A stretch of 64,000 nucleotides of DNA from Selaginella moellendorffii (lineage: Eukaryota; Plantae; Lycopodiophyta): NCBI RefSeq assembly GCF_000143415.4, contig NW_003314293.1, forward strand, positions 434,001-498,000, read 5' to 3'. The notes under the pieces were generated by a model. The model did not search any database and was not told the origin of the DNA. It saw nothing but the letters and a program-made list of their open reading frames with translations. This document shows positions 1 to 12,273 of the stretch, one piece after another (within the stretch, counting starts at the first letter, position 1; every line of letters begins with the position of its first letter). A program made the translations under genes and the position numbers.

Positions 1-74
1 ATATGCAATAGCATGTGGCCAATGTTCTCTCTGTTGGAATAAGTGGAAGTACAATTTTGGAGGTCAGACAAAAT

Positions 75-135
75 GGGTGTAGACCATACTTGAGGTCACG
101 AGTTGAAGAGTTGAGCTCACGAGTTGAGCTCAATT
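75..135 (+). repeat. Left terminal/subterminal inverted repeat of family A
   Basis: GAGTTGAGCTCACGAGTTGAGCTCAATT is the exact reverse complement of the sequence at ~30245-30272 and nearly so of ~12230-12257. Confidence 0.8.
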
Positions 136-768
136 TTCAATTGTAATTTAGTACAAACATTATAAATTTTAAAATTTTAAGGTTATGGTGAACCTAATAA
201 TTTAATAACTCTCTATATATTATATAGATAAAAATGTTCTAAAGAACACTTTTTGTTCTAATAATTTAAATATTTACTACATGCAATGATAGGGACATTT
301 GTTAGAACATAAAATAAAATGTTTGCAAAAAGAGTATTCTTGTCACTTCTTTAAATTTGTACTCTATGCTTTCTGGCTAGTAAATGTTAGGTTTGTCAGA
401 ATTAAAAAATTATTAAATTTGAAATAAGATTCTATGTAAAGCCATATAACCATTTGAAAGGAAAAAAAAAACCGTTGATGTAAGCTTATTGCATATAAAA
501 GAAAGACTTGGTTCTTTGTAGAATACATTCTTGAGGGGTTTGTCGTAGCATACTGTCTAGAATTTATAGATTTTCATTCACACTCTCATTCGAAAAAAGG
601 GAAATACACCCACAAATGTCTATGGGTTCTAGTGTTGGTAATTTTAACTTTCACAATCTTTCTTCCTAGGGTTCAAAGGCTAAGAGATGCAATAACTATC
701 CTATTGCACAGCATAACCAAATCACACAAACGAATGAAAGAAAGGATAGTGAAGATAGTGATCATGAG

Positions 769-1068
769 TTGGAAATAAATGCAATGACAGAGGGTGCAAC
801 AAATTGGGTGAAAAAGAATACCCTCTTACTTGTTTTAGAAAAGTGCAATTCTGCCACTTTCAAGAAGTGCCCCATATGTTTTCTAGCGTCTGGTGGAAAC
901 AATGGCAATGATCAGTATGATGGTATATATGCTCTTGCGACACATTGCAACATCACGCACCCGAAAGACTACCATGAAATCTTTTTTGAGATGGTAAAGA
1001 CAGAAATGGAGACACACGAGTACTATAGGCAGTATTGCGAGAAGAACACTCGGAAGCATATAAAATGA
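769..1068 (+). CDS. Small zinc-finger-like cargo protein (CPxC...H...H)
   Basis: KCPICF...DGIYALATHC...YHEIFFEMVKTEM shares its pattern with the ORFs at 10421, 27845 and 28652. The frame is open back to a possible splice acceptor at 669; true start uncertain. Confidence 0.5.
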   Translation: MEINAMTEGATNWVKKNTLLLVLEKCNSATFKKCPICFLASGGNNGNDQYDGIYALATHCNITHPKDYHEIFFEMVKTEMETHEYYRQYCEKNTRKHIK

Positions 1069-1159
1069 AAAGTGAAATGAAAAAGCATATTTTTATTAAT
1101 TATATAAAGTATAATAAGTTTTATTGATAGAGAATAAACATTGATAGTGTTGGAGAAAT

Positions 1160-2970
1160 CTAATTAGCTCCAAAAGTTTTTTGCAACTTAGCAATAGTAA
1201 GGCTTGTTTGGTGTATATGAATATCCACTTTAGGATCCTGGTGCAAAATGTTGATGAAGATGTAGTACATATGCTTGCAAGGAGCATATGCCTTCCTATG
1301 TTCCTCGCGCTTCATAAAGTCTGGACATGTGCAAGAAGGAAAGTTGTGAATGGCAATTGTGTACTCTCCACCTTCTGTTTTGACTGTGTACTCCTTTGCA
1401 AGTGTAGTGATGTACTTCGTGGAGAGAATTTCACACTCAAGTGTTTGAGCCAAGTTTATTTTACCTTGCTTTTGCTTTGAGACGGTACCATTAAATTTAA
1501 CTACCTTACCTTTTCGTGTTGGCCTCCTGTGCATCTCTATAGAAATAATCCTGCTCCTGTCACTCATGTTTCCAACTCTCCTCTCAAGATTAAAACCAGA
1601 TTTCTCAAGTTTTTCAATCTCATCTGAGGTGAGCGCGACCCCATTAGCAACCGGCCATTCTTTAGGTACTGCATCAGGTTTAGTCACTATAGTGTCTTCA
1701 AGCCGCTTCGTATGGTTGGCGTCAGTGTTGCAACAATATAGCCAGCACCATCTTGAAAATCCTGCTTGCTTTCGTTCCCTATAGAAACATGGGGTTGGAA
1801 CAGAAGCCGATTTTTCACCACGAATCCAAGCCCAACATTTGCCCCTCGGAAGCATCCCCACACACCTTACATTCGATTTTGCTAGCACGCGTCAGATTGC
1901 CCATTGCTTCGGCTCCATGCTACGGTAAGCAATTTCAACATGTTGCAATGCACTCTCTTCATCAGCCACTTGAGGTGGCTCGGTCTGAGAGCGGTGTCTT
2001 GGAGTAGAATGGTACTTGACATTAGGCCTGTGAGAGCTTTTTGCTCCAAGGTCTGTACCAACATCTTCCCCAGCAAAGGAAAAATGATGCTTTGAGCGGA
2101 CAGTCTTCATATCACCAATAGAAGCTCGGGGAGTGTACTCTGTAGATGTGCCACAGACCACTTCCTCAACTACAGTTGCCACTGTTTGGGCGGGTGGAGT
2201 TAATTTTCTCTTCATCCTATCATGTAACATCTCAACAAAAGGCCCTGTTCCCATATATCTTCCTTTTTTGAATGCCAGTGCTTTTGAAGATTGCTCTATA
2301 GCACGTATCAAATTTGATAGACAGGCTTCGTATAGACTCATCTTCCCTTTCCCTGCCTCAGAGGAACGCCAACTCCAATGCTTACTTTTGGAGAGATTCA
2401 CAGTTGGGGTGTATGCAAGGTCCTCAAGTGGTTGATCCTAATAGAAAAGGCAATATTAATAGGTAATAAAAGGAGAAGAAAAAATATAAACCAACCTGAA
2501 AAGAGTGATGTCCCCATTGGAACATCCTAACTTCCCACCATCTTAACCATGATTCAAGTTATGGTAGGCAACTTACGTCTGTATGGCCATCTTCATGCCA
2601 CCACATTCGGATCTCATTTGTTTTTGCCTCATGCTCTTCTTCAGAAGGTGCAATTTGCCATTGTTTGCACAACTCCTTAAATATTGATTGAAACTCTGGC
2701 TTGATAAGGTGGCAGTGCTAGTTTAGGCTTTGAGCCCAATGGAACTCACAAGTCCTCTCATGACCTTCCAATGGTTGACCATTCCCAAAAACTACTCGGA
2801 TACCATTCCAGTTTGCACCACCGCCATCTGCCATGAAACCACGAAAGTTTGCAGGCTTACCAGTCCGCTTTAGGACAATATCAGAGAGGGACTTCCAAAA
2901 TATTTCCTGTGCTGTCTGGTCTTGTACTTTAAACTCTACTGTCACAATTGTTAAGTTACAACGTAGCCTA
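1160..2970 (-). pseudogene. MULE transposase, 3' half (DDE region and SWIM finger), 5'-truncated
   Basis: FMADG...CEFHW (D and CxxH); TVNLS(K/E)SKH at the catalytic Glu position; SWIM finger CTC...CKH. Intron at ~2438-2496 and in-frame stops. The N-terminal part seen in copy 2 is missing. Confidence 0.85.
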
Positions 2971-3084
2971 TGAAAACATAAATATTATAACAATTTCAAT
3001 GTAATAAGAATAAAAATTAGCATAATTTACAGATAATAATAATGATAAGATAAAATAAGATCAAAGATATTGTGATGGTTGAGA

Positions 3085-3431
3085 TTTAGGTTATTCGGAA
3101 TGAACAGCCAGGATTAGAGATTGGTTAGGGTTAGGGTAGCCGTTAGGATTAGGGTTAGGGTAGCTGCCAAGATTAGGTTACTGTTCGCATCGTGAGTGGA
3201 GCACGCGAGAGATCGAGAGATTGAGTGCAAAGGAGATCGAGGGATTGAGCGCGAAGGAGATTGAGGGATTGAGCGCACAAGAGATCGAGAGATTGAGCGC
3301 ATGAGCGGGAGAGATTGAGCGCGCGAGCGGGAGAGTTTGAGCACGCGAGCGGGAGAGATTGAGCGCGCGAGTGGGAGAGTTTGAGCGTGCGAGCCGGAGA
3401 TTGAGTGCGCGAGCGGGAGAGATTGAGCGCA
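3085..3431. repeat. TTAGGG-like motifs (3085-3180) followed by a CG-rich degenerate ~20-22-bp tandem array (GATTGAGCGCGCGAGCGGGAGA-type)
   Basis: Directly visible; lies between the divergent transposase and cargo gene. Confidence 0.8.
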
Positions 3432-3447
3432 TAAGAAATCTAGCACG

Positions 3448-4039
3448 TGTAAGCTCCTGAGTTTGGACTTCCCGGGAGGTCACCCAGCCCAGTACTATTC
3501 AAGCCCAAGGACACTTAACCCCAAATATCCCAAGACCCTTAACCGATTGGAAAAGGGGGTGCACTCTTGTTCATGGGCCCTTTCCCTCTATATTTGAACC
3601 CATGGATCGTCTCTCAAGTCGTTCCCTTTGGTTGCTTACAATCCACCACGCTTCCCTGCAAGTTCACGCCCTCGTGAACGGAAGCTGAGAGCCGCAGCTC
3701 TCCCGAGAGCCCCGCTCTCTTGACACCCTACCCCTCGGGTCGAGCCCAGTGGGAGCAAACTAGACCAGCCAGATGTCAATTAACATGTGGTGTGATTCCC
3801 TTAGCCAACCAACAGAGTCGGACCTGAGACCTCTCTGATACCAAATGTAAGCTCCTGAGTTTGGACTTCCCGGGAGGTCACCCAGCCCAGTACTATTCAA
3901 GCCCAAGGACACTTAACCTCAAATATCCCAAGACCCTTAACCGATTGGAAAAGGGGGTGCACTCTTGTTCATGGGCCCTTTCCCTCTATATTTGAACCCC
4001 ATGGATCGTCTCTCAAGTCGTTCCCTTTGGTTGCTTACA
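3448..4039 (-). mobile_element. Cassandra-type TRIM retrotransposon with a 5S rRNA-derived segment in the LTRs
   Basis: LTRs 3448-3640 and 3846-4039 (TG...CA; one substitution and one indel); TSD GCACG; tRNA-Met PBS TGGTATCAGAG; PPT. The LTR contains GTTAAGTGTCCTTGGGC...GGCTGGGTGACCTCCCGGGAAGTCC, matching the 5S box A to box C region. Confidence 0.92.
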
Positions 4040-4182
4040 GCACGATCAAGAAATCAAGGGAGGGAAGATGCCACCAAGTGGTGAGTTTCGATTTGATTGC
4101 TTCCACTTCCATTTTTTGAGTCCATTGCTTCCATTCCATTGCTTCCCTTTTTTTTTCTTGATTGCTTCTTTGCTGGCCGAGG

Positions 4183-4282
4183 NNNNNNNNNNNNNNNNNN
4201 NNNNNNNNNNNNNNNNNNNNNNNNNNNNNNNNNNNNNNNNNNNNNNNNNNNNNNNNNNNNNNNNNNNNNNNNNNNNNNNNNN
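4183..4282. other. Assembly gap
   Basis: 100 N. Confidence 1.
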
Positions 4283-4452
4283 CAGTTTTGCTTGCCGAGG
4301 GGCCGAGGTTATTCAAATAACCTCGGCCCCTCGACAAGCAAAACTGCCCAAGGTTGAGCTCGGGCCAGCCACCTCAGGCACTTTGGCTGCCCAGGGGGCC
4401 GAGGTTATTCAAATAACCTTGGCCCCCTGGGCAGCCAAAGTGCCCGAGGTGG
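4283..4452. repeat. Two tandem long hairpins centred on GGCCGAGGTTATTCAAATAACCTYGGCC
   Basis: Near-perfect inverted arms of ~30 and ~38 bp; the array is cut by the gap. Confidence 0.85.
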
Positions 4453-4928
4453 AGTCTAGTCCCACTTGATTTTTTTTTTCTCTTTGACTATTTGAATTTC
4501 TCATTATCTTTATTTAGTTTGACTAATAAAACTTTTTCTCTTGTAGAAAAGGAAAATTGTAACACATAAAAAGGTTGTTGAAGCCAAGAAGACATGAGAA
4601 GTTCAATTTGGCACTGACGACGACATCACAATCGACATGTCCATCGGCACAACAGAGACACATTTAGTTAGAGATTCACCACTTCCACCACCATCACCTC
4701 CACCATCACCACCTCCACCACCGCCGTCGCCACCTCCACCACCTCCATCGCCACCTCCACCACCTCCATCGCCACCGCCACCACCACCATTGCCACCACC
4801 ACTGCCACTATTGCCTCTGCCCCCGCCGCCACCGCCACCACCACCATTGCCACCACCACTACCACTATTGCCTCTGCCCTTGCCACCATCGCCACCACCA
4901 CTAACGCAAATCCCTGAAGTTGGGCAAT

Positions 4929-5281
4929 TGTAAGCGACTAATTTTTCCATTCTACTTTAGTCACTTAACCACACCTCCAACCACTTGGAGGAGTCTCACT
5001 CACAACCTCCATAAGTCCTATTTCAAATTTGGGCTTGCTAGCCCCGAGAATGGCATCCCCACCACTCAACCTTTGCACTTGGTCCAAGTGCTCCACGTGA
5101 CCGATCCCATGACCGACACTCCAAGGTACCACTAACATATCAGCCCATTACGCTAAGGCCATGCCCATTCACCTTGGTCACACCGGTGGTCTGACACCAC
5201 CTCCATCACAGTCTCGTCTCTCAAAGATTGGGCCATCCGTTCATGAGTGATCATCCCAGATCCACTCCTTAGCATCCTTAG
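4929..5281. mobile_element. Truncated LTR fragment (family D)
   Basis: Starts TGTAAG and matches 6489-6840; no TSD. Confidence 0.8.
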
Positions 5282-6488
5282 TGATGTTCACGATAGGGAA
5301 CCTGAGGAATAGTCTGGAGTTGAAAGAGTTGCAGACCTTCCTGACAACGTGGTGGACAAGCACTTCCAAGAGACTGTTATGCGGACAAGGGAAAAAGCAG
5401 TTCACCAAACACTTGAGGCACTCAAGTGGCTAAGCCCTTGTGACTTGATCAAAGAAATCCCTTTTTGCCGTTTGCAGCAGACGAACCTTGTCCGCACAGC
5501 ATCCAAGTATGTCAACCCAGATATATACAGCTTTTTCAAACAAAATGGCCTTGCAACAAATATCGGTATGTTTCTAGTTTCTTTTTGCAAGCTAGGAATA
5601 ACGGAGATCATTACTGTCACACCCGAGATTGTGAATAGCTGGGATCCTATTTGGAGGAGGAAGTCCCTAGAATTTGATGACATGCTTATTAGACATCCTG
5701 AGACTCGACAGCTTGCGGGGACAATGTTCCAAATTATTGATGGTAACCACCGATATGGAGCTTGGATGAAGTGTATCGACGATCATTTTCGTGATGATCC
5801 CGTCTACCATATCAACGTTCCAGTTGGCCATGTCTACGCGAAAGGATCTTTGGATGTCAACAGACTTATCTTGGCCTGCCAAAAGATCAATGCGTAGGTT
5901 TTATAATTTTACCTCTAACTCCACTTTAACTTGTTTTGTTGTGTTTAAATATAGGCTTAGGCAGTTTGCTGTTCAAAAACAAAATCTTGTCCATGACATC
6001 GAGCAACTTCGATTTTTGGCAGACTTGAGTGAGGATGACATCCGCCAACATTATGGTGATGATCTCGCAACACTTATTCGGCACTCACGCACTCGAAATG
6101 ACGGTACAACTTGGTTCAACAACCCAATTAGTTTTATGCTTACTGTGTGGTGTAAGGTATATCTTTCCCTTTTATTTTATAAAAGCCTTTTTTAATTGTT
6201 TTGGTTTTTAGCCTTTGGTGAAGGTCAAGCAGGATGCTTACGAACTTGCATATCTGGAAAAGAGTCGGGAAGAGCTCTCAGCTGAGTTTGTACAAATTAA
6301 GCACAAAATTCAGCATGCAAAGTCCTCAAAGTTGAAGAAACTAGTATGCATTGTAGACAATCGCAGGCCGAAGGAGTGGCTAGAGACTATAGCCGAAATT
6401 TCTTCTCATGAATGTAAGTTTTTTATCACACTTCATTTTTCTTAATTATGCATATGTTACTTTTGCAGTGAACAAAACTCCAAATGAC

Positions 6489-8069
6489 TGTAAATGACTA
6501 ATTTTTCCATTCTACTTTAGTCACTTACCCACACCTCCGACCATTTGGAGGAGTCTCACTCACAACCTCCATAAATCCTATTTCAGGCTTGGGCTTGTTA
6601 GCCCCAAGAATGGCATCCCCGCCACTCAACCTTTGCACTTGGTCCAAGTGCTCCACGTGTCTGATCTCATGACCGACACCCCAAGGTACCACTGACATAC
6701 TGGCCCATTACGCTAAGGCCATGCCCATTCACCTTGGTCACACCGGTGGTCCAACACCACCTACATCACGGTCCTATCTCTCAAAGACTAGGCCATCCAT
6801 CCATGAGTGATCATCCCCGATCCACTCCTTAGCATCCTTAGGATGCCCATAGACACGGGGGTTTTCCTTCCCCAATATCCCTTTTCCGGTCCCCACCAAG
6901 TCCCTTTTTGCCCATGGCCGTGTTCGCCAACACTGCCACTGAATCGAGGCCCACAGGCCCGACCACTAAGTCCCACGGTCCTCTGGGACTTCCTCGCCAC
7001 TCGACTGTATCCTTGCTCACTACACCAGAGGATTACTCCTCTTCCTTTCCACAATCTAAGCCCTTGGGACAACATTTCGGAACACCGTGGCCCTATGTAG
7101 GCCTCATGGGTACTCTCCCCGCCTTCCGCCTTTGGGTGCTCTAGCCATGGGCTTAGAGTGAGGTTTCGTTGAGCCACGCCTGGTATCCAAGTAGGTAGTG
7201 CCACCCACACTTGGACTGGGAGCATCGGCCAGTCGATCTCCCGGGGGAACTAGAGCCGGCTCTTGAACACTTCACCAAGCTACCCCACTTGTCGGTCCGT
7301 ATTCACTTTAGTCTTGGACTTCTCAATAGTCAGTTCATCATCCAACACTAGGTCTGGCCTTCCTGGGCCAAATTAGGCTTTCTTAGCCAAACTAGCTCCA
7401 CTGCAATCCTCCCCCTTACTATACTTTTGGAGCTCACCAAACCCCGCAGGGTCTGGGAGACGAACGCTTTGGGCTTTCACCCTCTCAGACTCGAACTCGG
7501 ACTCAGACTCGGACTCGGACTCGGACTCGGACTCGGACTCGGGCTCGGTCTCGGCCTCCGCCTCGGTCTCGGTCCCGGTCCCGGTCTCGGTCTCGGTCTC
7601 GGTCCCGGTCTCAGTCTCGGTCCCGGTCTCGGTCTCGGTCTCGGTCTCGGTCTAGGTCTCGGTCTCGACCTCGGACTCCATCTCGGGTCCTTCTCGGACT
7701 CCATCTCAAATTCCATCTCAGGTCCATCTCGGACTCCATCTCGGACTCTGTCTCGGACTCCGTCTCAGTCCATCTCGAACTCCATCTCGGACTCTACCTC
7801 GGACTCCGTCTTGGTCCATCTTGGACTCCATCTCGAACACTTCCACGTGTCATGTGTTGGTCCTTTTGGGTCCCTTTTTGGAGCCTCGCTTATTGCTCAC
7901 TTCGTACTTGTTCCTCGAGCACTTTGTTGGGAGTTCCACTCCCGCTCTCGACTTTTCAAGTCAGAGCTTTTAGTCCAAACATGTTACGCTCATTTGGCTT
8001 TCGCTTCGGCCACTACCACGTGGCACCCTTCCGGCTCCACTTTGGGGCCTAGGGATTTTGTGTCTCACA
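6489..8069. mobile_element. Solo LTR (family D) inserted in a cargo exon
   Basis: TG...CA ends with perfect TSD ATGAC; removing it restores colinearity with copy 2. Contains a CTCGGA/CTCGGT hexamer array (~7490-7835). Confidence 0.9.
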
Positions 8070-10420
8070 ATGACATGATTTACAATATCACAAAATTGAA
8101 GCTTCCATATAAGCAACAGATAGAGACTCTGGAGTTCCTCAATGTCTGCTTGATGAACAGAAAGAAAGGACTGCCAGAACTATTTGAGAACATGATGAGA
8201 AGGGCTGTCTACATCACGCAAACTATAAGTGAAGGTGAGAAGTTCTTGGCACCACACATTGGTGACGATCCAGATGGCACATTTATGTCTTTCGACACCT
8301 ACATCAATACATCATTGGAAGGGATCGAAGAGGGGTGGCTGCCAGAGAAGCCTACAAGCACAACAACTTATGATTGCCAACATGGTCAACCTTATTTCAT
8401 GTGACGTGCAGCTTATAGGTATAATATGATTTCTAAGACTGTTTTTTAATATATATTGTTTACAGGTATCTTCGATATAGAGGCATACCATTTGAGGCAC
8501 CAGTTTGCACTCAACTTGTTGCAAAGGGTGTAAGGGATGGAGGAATGTACCCAACAATGTTTGCGAGAGTTTCGAAGGCACGGAAGATAGAATGCCCTTG
8601 GGAGTTGGAGTTCCTAGGGAAGGAGACCTCTACACTAGATCGCGAGGAAATTATCAATGCTAGCAACGATGGCAATGCAAATGACGATGGAGACAAGGAT
8701 GAGGAAGCTCCAGATCAAATTCGTGTTCCACCACTAGACAGTCAGGAACAAGCTCCAATTCAACCATCAAACAACCAAGATCCGGATCAGGTTCTACCAG
8801 TAAATAACGATGATCAAGTGGTTCACAGAATATCACATTGACCTCGAAGTAAGCAAAAGTGAATTTTATAAACTAAAGGTGGTAATATATGTTTTTTGCA
8901 GCAATGACTGTTGGTAGTAATTTCATTCCAGCTCAACGAGATGCTCGTGAAGAGGAGTTGGAGGAACTCTCATCGACAACACGCCATATGATGGTATCAT
9001 ACTATTTATTACTTTTTTCATTCATTTAGCTCTTTTATAGGTTTGTCCTGTGTCCCCAATAACACAACGTGGCATTGTGGGTATCTTTATTGGCTTTTAC
9101 AGTAGATTATTGACATCTTTCATGGAAGATGACATCAACATGAATATACGCTGCTAGTTCAACCGTTGGTGCCGAAATATACAAAGGCCCGTGCTCCCAG
9201 TTGTGGACTTCATTCTCTTCGACTTTCCAGATGGTCTTTCAGATATCGATGGGAAAGTTGAGGATTGGAACTTTCTCACACTTGACCACTTGCGTGATGC
9301 ATTCCTATTGTCTGAAGCACTTATGCTCGAAGTTGGCCATATCGTCTTCATCCTACCGAACAACCCCAGCTGGATGTATGAGCTTATGACGTGCGTAGTA
9401 GAAGTTCATTTCAAGTCATTCTCTTCCGGGTGCATCATGGATCCTATTGGCGTTGATACGAGGGGCGTCCAATGGAAGCCTGAAAAGGTGAGTATGTATG
9501 TTATATTTTTATCTAATTTCTAAACATTTTTATTTTCCAGGTTATGATGTGGACCTATCATGCCTTCTGCAGAAACACACATGATGGGTTTCGTGATAGC
9601 GAACATGTAGCACGTGTTTTGCCTGGGTACGACAGTTCCACTAACATCATACCCAACCTTGTGGATGAGCAGATCCGCAACACGTTTCCAGGGTATCGAT
9701 TCCGAACTCCATCGGCAATGCAAGTCTTGCTTGAGCTCTATTGCCCACCAGATGGTGTTGTGATTGATTGCACAATAGGTAGCGGTTCTATGGTGGAGGC
9801 AGCACGTGACTCTGGTAGGTCGGTGTTTGCTATTGAAGAACATCATTTCTTCAAACGCCGGCTTAGAGGATTTCGTGAGTTGCCTTCAACCTCAAGGAGG
9901 TAAATTATGTTTATTAAAATTTCAATATATATTTCATTCTATTTTATAGATCATAGTCACCTGGAGTTTCTAGAATTGGAGGCTTTGGAAGTCTCTCTGA
10001 CTATGTAGAAGCCATGGCTCAACATATGCAAGGTGAATCTTCCCCACAATACCAATATAGGAGGAAGTATAAAAGAAATCATTATGTTGATGATGAGGCA
10101 GAAGAAAGTTAATTGCATCCTTACATAAAATGGAAAGCTTGTTATATATTAGATATCAGTGAAAGTGTCAGATGTCAGTAAAATTGTCAGATGTCAGTGT
10201 CAGTGTCAGATACCATAATTATAGATTATCATTCTCACTTGTCACCATCACTTTGTAGCGCTTGTGTGTTGCCATCTCCTCCTTCAACATTTTGTAAACA
10301 ATTGTATGTGATATGATAGCACCTTCTAGAACAGGTATGTTACCTACAACTAATATCATTTTATTATATTTTTTCTTTTAATAGTGACAATACTATAGTA
10401 TAGTAAAGTAATTCTAGATC

Positions 10421-10963
10421 TTACATTCCACTATAGGGTGGCCTAAAAACCCCATATTTTGCACTAGCCAATGCAGTGTTTCCCAAGGGGATGTTCCTCA
10501 CCATGAAGCGATAGTGGGTATGTGTCTGTAACTCATTCTTGAATCTATTGTATATCCACACGTGCACATTTTCCAGACCTACCGTTGGGCAATTCTTACA
10601 GTGCTCAAGAAAAGTTTGTAAACCCATAGAGCCATTTGTCTTGTCCAAGAAAAAGTAGCATATTAGACACTAAATGTAATAGCATTCTGTGCTTTCAAGT
10701 AGTCCTGCCATGTCAGGAACAAGATCTTGCAAAAACATGTGGCATTGCTCTTGAAGCACTGGAGGCAATCCCTCTTTAGTAGCAAGATCCGGAATTTCAC
10801 ATATAGGGAGCTCTAATTCAGCTTCACTAGAGCCCTCAGCAGAAAAAGGATTGTTATGTGGAGGTGAAGGTGGAATATTGGTAAAATTTGGGGATGGAGG
10901 TGAAGATTGATATGAAATGCTGGGGGGCCAAGTATGATTAGCAATGGGTCTCCTTTGAGCCAT
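10421..10963 (-). pseudogene. Small Pro-rich plus zinc-finger-like cargo gene (one in-frame stop)
   Basis: Homologous to 27845-28393 and 28652-29203; stop near 10670. Confidence 0.7.
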
Positions 10964-11052
10964 TTCAATATAAACTTTTAAGAAGCTCAAGGAGAACAAA
11001 AAACCTACAATGACTATAACTTTTCTAGATAGTTTATATACTAAGTTTTAGT

Positions 11053-11192
11053 CTTGGGAATGAGGTTTATTTATTATGACACTGACAATACGCAAATTCT
11101 TGGGAATGAGGTTTATTTATTATGACACTGACAATACTCAGATTCTTGGGAATGAGGTTTATTTATTATGACACTGACAATACTCAGATTCT
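11053..11192. repeat. 3 x 46-bp tandem repeat
   Basis: Units CTTGGGAATGAGGTTTATTTATTATGACACTGACAATAC... start at 11053, 11099 and 11145. Confidence 0.9.
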
Positions 11193-11668
11193 TTAAATGT
11201 CAGTCTTGGAAATGGGGCTTCATAATCATAGCTTTCTTGTAAACATAAGAGCTTTTAGAATTTTAGATTATCGTGTATACACATGCTCTATCATTATGAT
11301 GAATCTTACTTTGCTACACATATATTCTTTTCTACACGTGCCAAATGTCTAGGGAAATAAATTGCAAGGAAATATAGACCACATTATAGTGGTAGAGCAC
11401 ATTGGCACGCTACCATTCTCTCATGTGAGATTGCCTTTTAGTCTTGGAAATGTAAATAAAGTTGATTCTTTGATGTGATATTACTTTTGAGTCTTTCGAA
11501 AGATTTTGATTTCTTTTATCATTATTTACAAACAATTCCCAAAAACTTTTAATGAGGATTCACTGCAAAATATACCTTGGTCTTATGATATGAGAGGATT
11601 GTGATATAGGCAAGCAATAGAGTTTTTAATATGAATTAATATGTAAATTACAGATGTTATGGAAAGTT

Positions 11669-11918
11669 TTATGGAGTAGATTTCTTGGTGCTTTCCGCTG
11701 TGCTGTTCATTTTTTCATTTCTCTTGCTCTGGACTGTTGTTTCAGAAGTAACAGGAGCATTTTTATCAATCGTGATAGTGGTCTCCACATTCCCAGATGG
11801 GTAATAAGGACCAGGAGTGTAATATGGAGATTGTGGTAGGTGAAACAAAATTAACATTTTCACATTTCTTTGCACTACAACTCTTACTCACAGATCTTGT
11901 ATTTTCCTGGCTTCCCAT
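11669..11918 (-). pseudogene. Small ~80-aa ORF of unknown function (LPQSPYYTPGPYYPSGNVETT), frameshifted
   Basis: Conserved with 29645-29891 while the flanks diverge. Confidence 0.45.
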
Positions 11919-12211
11919 CTTCTCAAGAACCCTAAAATATCTTTTGAATGAAGGAATAATATCTACAGCTGTAAAAGTATTCATAATATTAAGTAGTCAA
12001 ATCAAATATGACAGTTGTAACAGTTGTCATAATAAAATAATATAGTTTTATAAAAGATAGGTTCTCCTGAACTTTGTCTTTTTTAAACAATTCAATCTTA
12101 TAGAAACTTTTAACTTAGATATTTATGTATTTTAATATTTTAAAGTTTGCTAGAACCTTCATTTGTTCAATTTAGATCTCCTTTGTAATATTTCTTATTG
12201 ACTATGTTGAC

Positions 12212-12273
12212 TTGAGTTGACTTGTGTTGAATTGAACTCAACTCATGAGCTCAACTCAACTTTGGACCATCCC
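12212..12273 (-). repeat. Right TIR/subterminal repeats of family A copy 1
   Basis: ...GAGCTCAACTCAACTTTGGACCATCCC, the same terminus as copy 2 at 30288. Confidence 0.85.

Larger units (their letters stand above)
4547..10112 (+). pseudogene. Spliced cargo gene: Pro-rich N-terminus, ParB/Srx-like domain, beta-class N6A/N4C DNA methyltransferase-like domain (copy 1, disrupted)
   Basis: FQIIDGNHRYGAW (ParB-like); DFILFDFPDG (motif IV position); ELYCPPDGVVIDCTIGSGSMVEAARDSGRSVFAIE (motif I). Short GT-AG introns; interrupted by two LTR insertions and stops. Exon boundaries are inferred. Confidence 0.8.
75..12273 (-). mobile_element. Mutator-like (MULE) DNA transposon, family A copy 1, with cargo genes
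   Basis: Imperfect TIRs: left GGGTGTAGACCATACTTGAG...GAGTTGAGCTCACGAGTTGAGCTCAATT, right reverse complement GGGATGGTCCAAAGTTGAGTTGAGCTCATGAGTTGAGTTCAATT. Flanking 9-mers AGACAAAAT (66-74) and TGACAAAAC (12274-12282) match 7/9. Contains a MULE transposase remnant and is colinear with copy 2. Confidence 0.75.

Noticed and set aside
3465-3520. 5S rRNA gene
   Set aside because: Only a partial, diverged 5S segment inside TRIM LTRs.
4637-4933. Extensin or formin-like host gene (also 24100-24280)
   Set aside because: Poly-Pro tract belonging to the transposon cargo gene.
7427-8404. 325-aa ORF rich in LG/SR repeats
   Set aside because: Chance fusion of the LTR hexamer array with a downstream cargo exon.
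11053-11192. CRISPR array
   Set aside because: Head-to-tail repeats with no spacers. The 20-bp palindromes are also irregularly spaced, and there are no cas genes.
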